Shown here: positions 59,269 to 64,000 of the stretch, piece by piece
How positions within the stretch are numbered: position 1 is the stretch's first letter
How the letters are laid out: every line of letters begins with the position of its first letter
DNA from: an uncultured delta proteobacterium
GTDB taxonomy: Bacteria; Myxococcota_A; Polyangia; Polyangiales; Polyangiaceae
Direction: 5' to 3'
Assembly (NCBI GenBank): GCA_963716725.1
Contig: CAVQUB010000005.1
Span: 64,001 to 128,000 of the forward strand
Length of the DNA stretch: 64,000 nucleotides
The notes under the pieces: model-generated
Seen by the model: only the letters and a program-made list of their open reading frames with translations
What the model was told of the DNA's origin: nothing
Databases searched by the model: none
Translations under genes and position numbers: made by a program

Positions 59269-59874
59269 TCAGCCCTGGACGCAGTAGGTGCCGGAGGCGT
59301 TTCCGACCTCCGTGCAATCCCAGAAGGTCGGACAGTCCGTGAAGCTCTCGCAGGTCTTGGAGCAATACCCGAAGGACGCGCCGGTCTTGAACAGACAGAT
59401 CTTCGACTGGCAATCGCCATCACCCTGGCATTCCTCGCCGACTCCTGCGCCGCTGGATCCGCCGCCGATGCCGGACCCGCCGCCGATGCCGGATCCGCCG
59501 CCGATGCCGGATCCGCCGCCGATGCCGGACCCGCCGCCGCTACCGCTGCCGCTCCAGCCGCCCTTGTCGTTGCAGGCGTCGTTGCAGACGGCCGCTTCGG
59601 ATGCGCAGCAACCGTTGTCGCAGAACGACGCGTTGACGATGCTCGAGTCCCCGCAGTGGCAGGGCATGTATGGGCAACCGTTGCCGCATGCGGTGCAGTT
59701 GCTGCCGCCGCCGGAGCCGTTGTTGCCGCCGCCGCCGGAACCGTTGTTGCCGCCGCCGCCGAACCCGTTGTTGCCGGCGCCCGCGGCTCCGCCTCCTCCG
59801 CCTCCTCCTCCGGAAGAGCAAGCCAACGCGCCCGCGGTCAAAAATACTGATAGGACCAAGTCAATGCGATGCAT
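59269..59874 (-). CDS. Gly/Cys-rich lipoprotein
   Basis: AAGGAG SD; ALAC lipobox; GGGGNN and GGGSGI repeats; GEECQGDGDCQSKIC...GYCSKTC module. Confidence 0.85.
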   Translation of the reverse strand: MHRIDLVLSVFLTAGALACSSGGGGGGGGAAGAGNNGFGGGGNNGSGGGGNNGSGGGSNCTACGNGCPYMPCHCGDSSIVNASFCDNGCCASEAAVCNDACNDKGGWSGSGSGGGSGIGGGSGIGGGSGIGGGSGIGGGSSGAGVGEECQGDGDCQSKICLFKTGASFGYCSKTCESFTDCPTFWDCTEVGNASGTYCVQG

Positions 59875-59946
59875 GGGAGTTTTCTCCTTTCGCCGCATGG
59901 ACGCGTCCTGTCCCGGGACGTCGCAAAAATAGTTCGTGGCGGGCGA

Positions 59947-60780
59947 TCAGCTCTTTTCGCTGCGCAAAATGCGCGTGACGCTGGCGTCGAGCTGGCTGCC
60001 AATGACGCGGATCACGCTGTCGATTTCGGGTGCCGGCAGGTTCAGTCGCTGGCTGAGCTCAGCGACCGTGCCGTCGAATAGATCCTCTCGGGCGCGGGTC
60101 AGCCAGCGGGCGGCGGTGGCGCGATGCACGCCGTAGAGCGATCCGATCGCGTCTATTCCGAGCTGATCGAGCAGCTGGTGACGCAGTAGATTGCGCTGGC
60201 GGGCTTCCAAGCCGCCGAGCGCGACCTCGAATGCCGCCTTGAACTCCGCGCCATATCGGGCCCGGAGCGACGAGAGTTCGGGATCTGTGCCGCTGGCGAC
60301 GCCTTCGAGCTCCGGTTCGGTGTGTCGGGCGGCCGTGCCCGCTCGCCGGGTGAGCGTCACCACCTCCCGAGCCGCGATCACGCGCACGAATCCGCGAAGG
60401 CTTCCGCGCGCGGTGTACTGAGCGAGCTTGCCGGGCTGGCTGTCCGAGCCGAAGAGCAGCTTCTGGCGGGTGGCCTGCAGGGCATCATCGAGGTTCGCGC
60501 TGCCGAGCTCGAAGCGTCCCAAGGTCGTTCGAAGGTTCTGGATGCACTGCTCGTCCAGGCGCGCCACAGCGCCGGGCACGCCGGTCGCGGCGGCGCGGGC
60601 GAGCCAGACGTCGGCTGCCGGTAGCGTCAGCGGATCCGCACCATCGGAGATGCAGCGGGCGACGGCCACGGCAAATTCGTCGACGGGAAGCTCGAGGTCG
60701 GGGTGAGCTGCCCGCGCCTCGGCGACCAAGCTTTCGAGCACGCTCTCGGGGATCTCGGCCTGGGGCGGAATGGCCACCAT
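59947..60780 (-). CDS. Myxococcales-type sigma-70/ECF factor
   Basis: DVWLARA, KLAQYTARGSLRGF, DPEL...FKAAF, IDAIGSLYGVHRATAARWL, SQLDAS. Confidence 0.85.
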   Translation of the reverse strand: MVAIPPQAEIPESVLESLVAEARAAHPDLELPVDEFAVAVARCISDGADPLTLPAADVWLARAAATGVPGAVARLDEQCIQNLRTTLGRFELGSANLDDALQATRQKLLFGSDSQPGKLAQYTARGSLRGFVRVIAAREVVTLTRRAGTAARHTEPELEGVASGTDPELSSLRARYGAEFKAAFEVALGGLEARQRNLLRHQLLDQLGIDAIGSLYGVHRATAARWLTRAREDLFDGTVAELSQRLNLPAPEIDSVIRVIGSQLDASVTRILRSEKS

Positions 60781-60902
60781 GCCGCCACAGTAGCCCGTCC
60801 TCCCAAGCGGCGATCCCAAGAGCGCAACTGCCGGGAATCATTGGGGCCTACATGGAGCCCCGGTCTCAGCGGGACCGCGTGCTATTGCAACGCCGCGGAC
60901 CG

Positions 60903-62159
60903 ATGGGACTCGGAGGGCAAAAGGCCGGCGACGTGGCCGCCGATAAGTACCGCCTCGTGCGGCGGTTGGGCTCCGGCGGCATGGGCGCCGTGTGGCACGC
61001 GACGCACGTGGTGACGCGGCGACCCGTCGCGTTGAAGTTTCTGCACGCGAACCGGCACACCGACATCAACGCGCGCGCCCGCCTGTTGCGGGAGGCCCGC
61101 GCTGCTGCCGCCGTGGGGCATCCCGCCGTGGTCACGATCCACGACGTGATCGAGGTGGGCGGGGCGCCGGTCCTGGTCATGGATCTCTTGGAAGGCGAGT
61201 CACTGCGCGAGTGCCTGGAGCGCGAGGGGCGGCTTGCCCCCGGGGTCGCCGTCGACATTGCGCTGGCCATTCTGTCGGTGTTGAGCGCGGCCCACGCGCA
61301 CGGCATCGTGCATCGCGACCTGAAGCCGGAAAACGTGTTCCTCCCCCAGGGCGGGCCGTCGGAGGCCCGACTCTTGGACTTCGGCATCGCGAAGATAACG
61401 CGCACCGATGGGCTGCAGGGGCTCTCGACCGAGACCGGCGCGATGCTCGGGACTCCGCACTACATGGCGCCGGAGCAAGCCTTCGGCGAGAAGGACGTGG
61501 ACGGCCGGGCAGATCTCTGGGCGCTGGGCGTGCTTTTGTACGAGTGCTTGAGCGCCAGGCGGCCCATCGACGGCGAGAACCTGGGTCAGATCCTGCGCGC
61601 GATGACCGAGTGCAAGGTCAAACCGCTGCTGGAGGTGGCGCCCGACGTGCCAGTCGAGCTGGCGGAGATCGTGGGCGCTCTTCTGGTGGAGCGCGGGGCG
61701 CGTCCGGCGGACGCCGATACCGTGAGCCAACAGCTGACGAACCTTGCGCCTGGGCTGAGCAAGCAGCTGCCGGCGCAGCAGAAGCCCGCCGTGGGCGCGA
61801 CGGAGGCCACCACCGGGGAACCAGTGACGCGTACGGCGCCCCGGGCTCGACGACGGCTGAGTCGGGTCGGGAGCTTCGCCGCTGTCGGTGCGGCCGTCGT
61901 GCTGGGCGCTCTGAGCTGGCTGATCCTCGCGGGTCATTCGGAGGTCGCCACGCTGCACGCCGGGCTGGGGACTCCAGTCTTTCCGGGCGTCGACCGGCCC
62001 GCGCCTCCACCGGATCCCCGCGCCGTGGCGTCGCTGGGGAGCGAGCGTCCCCCAGCCCCCGTGATCCGCCGAGCGCCGACGGCGAAGCCCCCGCCGTCGG
62101 CACAGCCGGAGCCGCTGCGCACCGGCTCTGACAAGCTCATCAACGAGCCACCCTTTTGA
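60903..62159 (+). CDS. Membrane Ser/Thr protein kinase
   Basis: GSGGMG, VALK, HRDLKPEN, DFG, GTPHYMAPE; TM; ends EPPF. Confidence 0.95.
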   Translation: MGLGGQKAGDVAADKYRLVRRLGSGGMGAVWHATHVVTRRPVALKFLHANRHTDINARARLLREARAAAAVGHPAVVTIHDVIEVGGAPVLVMDLLEGESLRECLEREGRLAPGVAVDIALAILSVLSAAHAHGIVHRDLKPENVFLPQGGPSEARLLDFGIAKITRTDGLQGLSTETGAMLGTPHYMAPEQAFGEKDVDGRADLWALGVLLYECLSARRPIDGENLGQILRAMTECKVKPLLEVAPDVPVELAEIVGALLVERGARPADADTVSQQLTNLAPGLSKQLPAQQKPAVGATEATTGEPVTRTAPRARRRLSRVGSFAAVGAAVVLGALSWLILAGHSEVATLHAGLGTPVFPGVDRPAPPPDPRAVASLGSERPPAPVIRRAPTAKPPPSAQPEPLRTGSDKLINEPPF

Positions 62160-62161
62160 GC

Positions 62162-63154
62162 ATGGCTCGCGCTTGCTTCATCGCGACCTTGGTCGCGCTC
62201 CTCAGCGTGTGCGGCGTGACCCACGCCGAGGCGGAAGCGGATCCGAACACCGAGCAGGCAAGAGGGCTCTTTCGCAATGGGTCCGAGCTGGCGAAAGACG
62301 CGCGTTGGGGCGAAGCTCTGGCTCACTTCGAGCGCTCGGCCGCGCTTCGGCCGCATCCAGGCACCACGTACAACATTGCGATCTGCCAGCGCGCTCTGGG
62401 TCGCTACACCCGGGCCGAACGCGCATTTCACCGCGCCCTGAAGCAGAACACCGACGCGGAGCTCGCGGCGAGCGTCGCGCAAGACATCCGGGGTTACCTG
62501 GTGGAGATCCAGGCGGCGCTTGCTCGCGTGCAGATCAGCCTCTCGCCGCCCGGGGCGAGCATCAGCGTCGACGGCGCCCCGCTGGAGGTCGTGTCGCTCT
62601 CGCCGCCCGAGCTGTCGGCGGGCACGCTGCCTGCGGGCGCGGGTCGTTCGCCGCCAGCCGGGAAGTTTCTGCTGATCATCGACCCAGGGACACACCTCTT
62701 CGTCATCAATCGCAAGGGCTACGCGGACACGGTGGTCCGGCGAACGTTCGGGCCGGGACAGCGAGCGACTCTCGACCTGGCGCTCGATCGCTTGCCGGCG
62801 ACCCTGCGGGTCACTGCCAACGAGCCTCGCTCCGCGGTCAGCGTCGACGGAATCGACGTCGGACTGACGCCGGTGCAACTGTCGCGGCCGGCCGGCAGCT
62901 ATCGAATCGTGGTGCAGAAGGCCGGATTTCTGCCCTACGAGGCTGCCATTCGCGCCCGCGCGGGACAGAGCGTCGAGGTGCCCGCCCGCTTGGCCCGGGA
63001 CGAGCCAGCGCTGACCGAACGCTGGTGGTTCTGGACGGCAGCGGGAGTAGTGGTCGCCGGAGCGATCTTGGGCACCTACGCGGCCACGCGGCCCGAGCCG
63101 GACCGGCCGGCGCTGAGTGGCGGAGGACTGGGATGGACCATCCGCGCGCCCTGA
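62162..63154 (+). CDS. TPR plus PEGA-domain protein
   Basis: N-terminal TPR (YNIAICQRALG); PGASISVDG and VDGIDVGLTP...AGSYRIVVQKAGF; WWFW C-terminal helix. Confidence 0.88.
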   Translation: MARACFIATLVALLSVCGVTHAEAEADPNTEQARGLFRNGSELAKDARWGEALAHFERSAALRPHPGTTYNIAICQRALGRYTRAERAFHRALKQNTDAELAASVAQDIRGYLVEIQAALARVQISLSPPGASISVDGAPLEVVSLSPPELSAGTLPAGAGRSPPAGKFLLIIDPGTHLFVINRKGYADTVVRRTFGPGQRATLDLALDRLPATLRVTANEPRSAVSVDGIDVGLTPVQLSRPAGSYRIVVQKAGFLPYEAAIRARAGQSVEVPARLARDEPALTERWWFWTAAGVVVAGAILGTYAATRPEPDRPALSGGGLGWTIRAP

Positions 63155-64000
63155 TCGCCGTCGCCGTGCTCTGCGCTTGCGCGCCGGCGGCGCCGCCCCC
63201 GCACGGAGAAATACTCGTCAACGTCGACACGGATCTGCCGGTTGTGCGCGCGGTCAGCCAGCTGCGCGTCGATTCCTATGCTGGCGACGGCCGCTGGTTC
63301 GACTCCCGCACCATCGGCTTGCCGGACGCCGAAAGCTGGCCTGTCAGCTTCTCCGTGTATTCGGATGACGATCGAGCGGACAAGCTGCTTTGGCTGCGGC
63401 TTCGAGCGTTCTCCGACGGTGCGGTGCGGGACTACCGTGGGGAGCGATTCACTTCTCCATCATTCACCGCTCCGCCGCCCGCTGGCGATGGACCTCGATT
63501 GCTAGGGCATGGCGCGGACGTGACGCCTGCCCTCGAGCCGCTGCCTGCCCTGACCGTGGATCGGTTGGTGCTTCTGCGGCTCTCGCCGGGTCGACGACGG
63601 AGCGTATCGCTGGTCCTGGCCGGGGTCTGCGCCGGGCGCATGTCTCGGCTGAGCGAGGCGGGAACGCCGAGCGCCGGGAGCGAAAGCTGCGAGTCCGGCG
63701 AGCCGGCGGTTGTTTCCGAGGCTTCGCTGACCGAAGGCATCGTGCGACAAACCCAGTCCCAGGTGGGCAGCTGGAGCGAGCCCTGCGACGGAAGTGGGGA
63801 CGCTGATCGCGTGTGCGTTCCCGGTGGCGCGACCATCATGGGCTCGCGGGAGTTGCTCGTTTACCCGGACCTGCCGCCGACGCCAGAACGAGTCGTGTAT
63901 CTGTCCCGCTTCTGGGTCGACCGGAACGAAGTCAGCGTCGGTCGCTTTCGTGCAGCGTTGGACGCGGGCTTGCCCGTTTCAGACCTACCGCGCGCCACAC
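63133..64000 (+). CDS. Lipoprotein with formylglycine-generating-enzyme (SUMF1/FGE) domain (partial, runs off window end)
   Basis: Not in the ORF track; GGAGG SD, ATG 63133, LCAC lipobox, open to the end; VCVPGGATIMG...PERVVYLSRFWVDRNEVSV. Confidence 0.85.
   Translation, partial: MDHPRALIAVAVLCACAPAAPPPHGEILVNVDTDLPVVRAVSQLRVDSYAGDGRWFDSRTIGLPDAESWPVSFSVYSDDDRADKLLWLRLRAFSDGAVRDYRGERFTSPSFTAPPPAGDGPRLLGHGADVTPALEPLPALTVDRLVLLRLSPGRRRSVSLVLAGVCAGRMSRLSEAGTPSAGSESCESGEPAVVSEASLTEGIVRQTQSQVGSWSEPCDGSGDADRVCVPGGATIMGSRELLVYPDLPPTPERVVYLSRFWVDRNEVSVGRFRAALDAGLPVSDLPRAT

Noticed and set aside
715..63839. Many long antisense or alternate-frame ORFs (e.g. 37731-40340+, 17348-19090-, 49723-51723-, 53543-55435-)
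   Set aside because: Arg/Ala/Pro-rich shadows of real genes, expected at this GC content; no motifs
1..64000. Prophage, IS, integron or anti-phage defence island
   Set aside because: No integrase, transposase, phage structural gene, attC-like array or recognisable defence domain found

Overview
High-GC (roughly 70% by eye), gene-dense chromosomal segment of a myxobacterium, most likely Polyangiales/Polyangiaceae-like. The assignment rests on a MYXO-CTERM protease, an AgmX/PglI-type TonB-C protein, many Gly/Cys-rich lipoproteins, Ser/Thr kinase-PEGA-FGE and ECF sigma cassettes. Recognisable genes: tldD plus pmbA/tldE, an EAL phosphodiesterase, a RimJ-type GNAT, an M4/M36 protease, PilZ, a cNMP-binding/ThrRS-like/uridine-kinase fusion, fabH, def, two Ser/Thr kinases, a stand-alone tandem-ACT protein, a GT4, a double-length uvrA, smpB, a class I/II aminotransferase, two ECF-type sigma factors, a dual-FHA protein, a metzincin, a 22-copy Cys-repeat lipoprotein, an IgGFc-binding lipoprotein, a PAS hybrid kinase and an SGNH lipoprotein. 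I saw no rRNA, tRNA, CRISPR array, integrase or transposase. Signals outside the ORF track: (1) a ~200 bp collapsed toxin-antitoxin locus that keeps a YefM-type TGTACA-N6-TGTACA operator; (2) four more gene scars in intergenic gaps; (3) an RHH/Zn-ribbon gene with a direct plus inverted repeat operator over its own promoter; (4) TANNNT boxes 5-9 nt before start codons in at least 16 genes, suggesting widespread leaderless translation; (5) three single-base frameshifts (uvrA, metzincin, Cys-repeat gene) that may be sequencing errors. I cannot show a complete novel system from sequence alone. The best candidates are the cNMP-gated nucleoside kinase, the RHH-Zn ribbon module and the kinase-ACT pair. 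Product calls come from motif recognition only; no database search was run.
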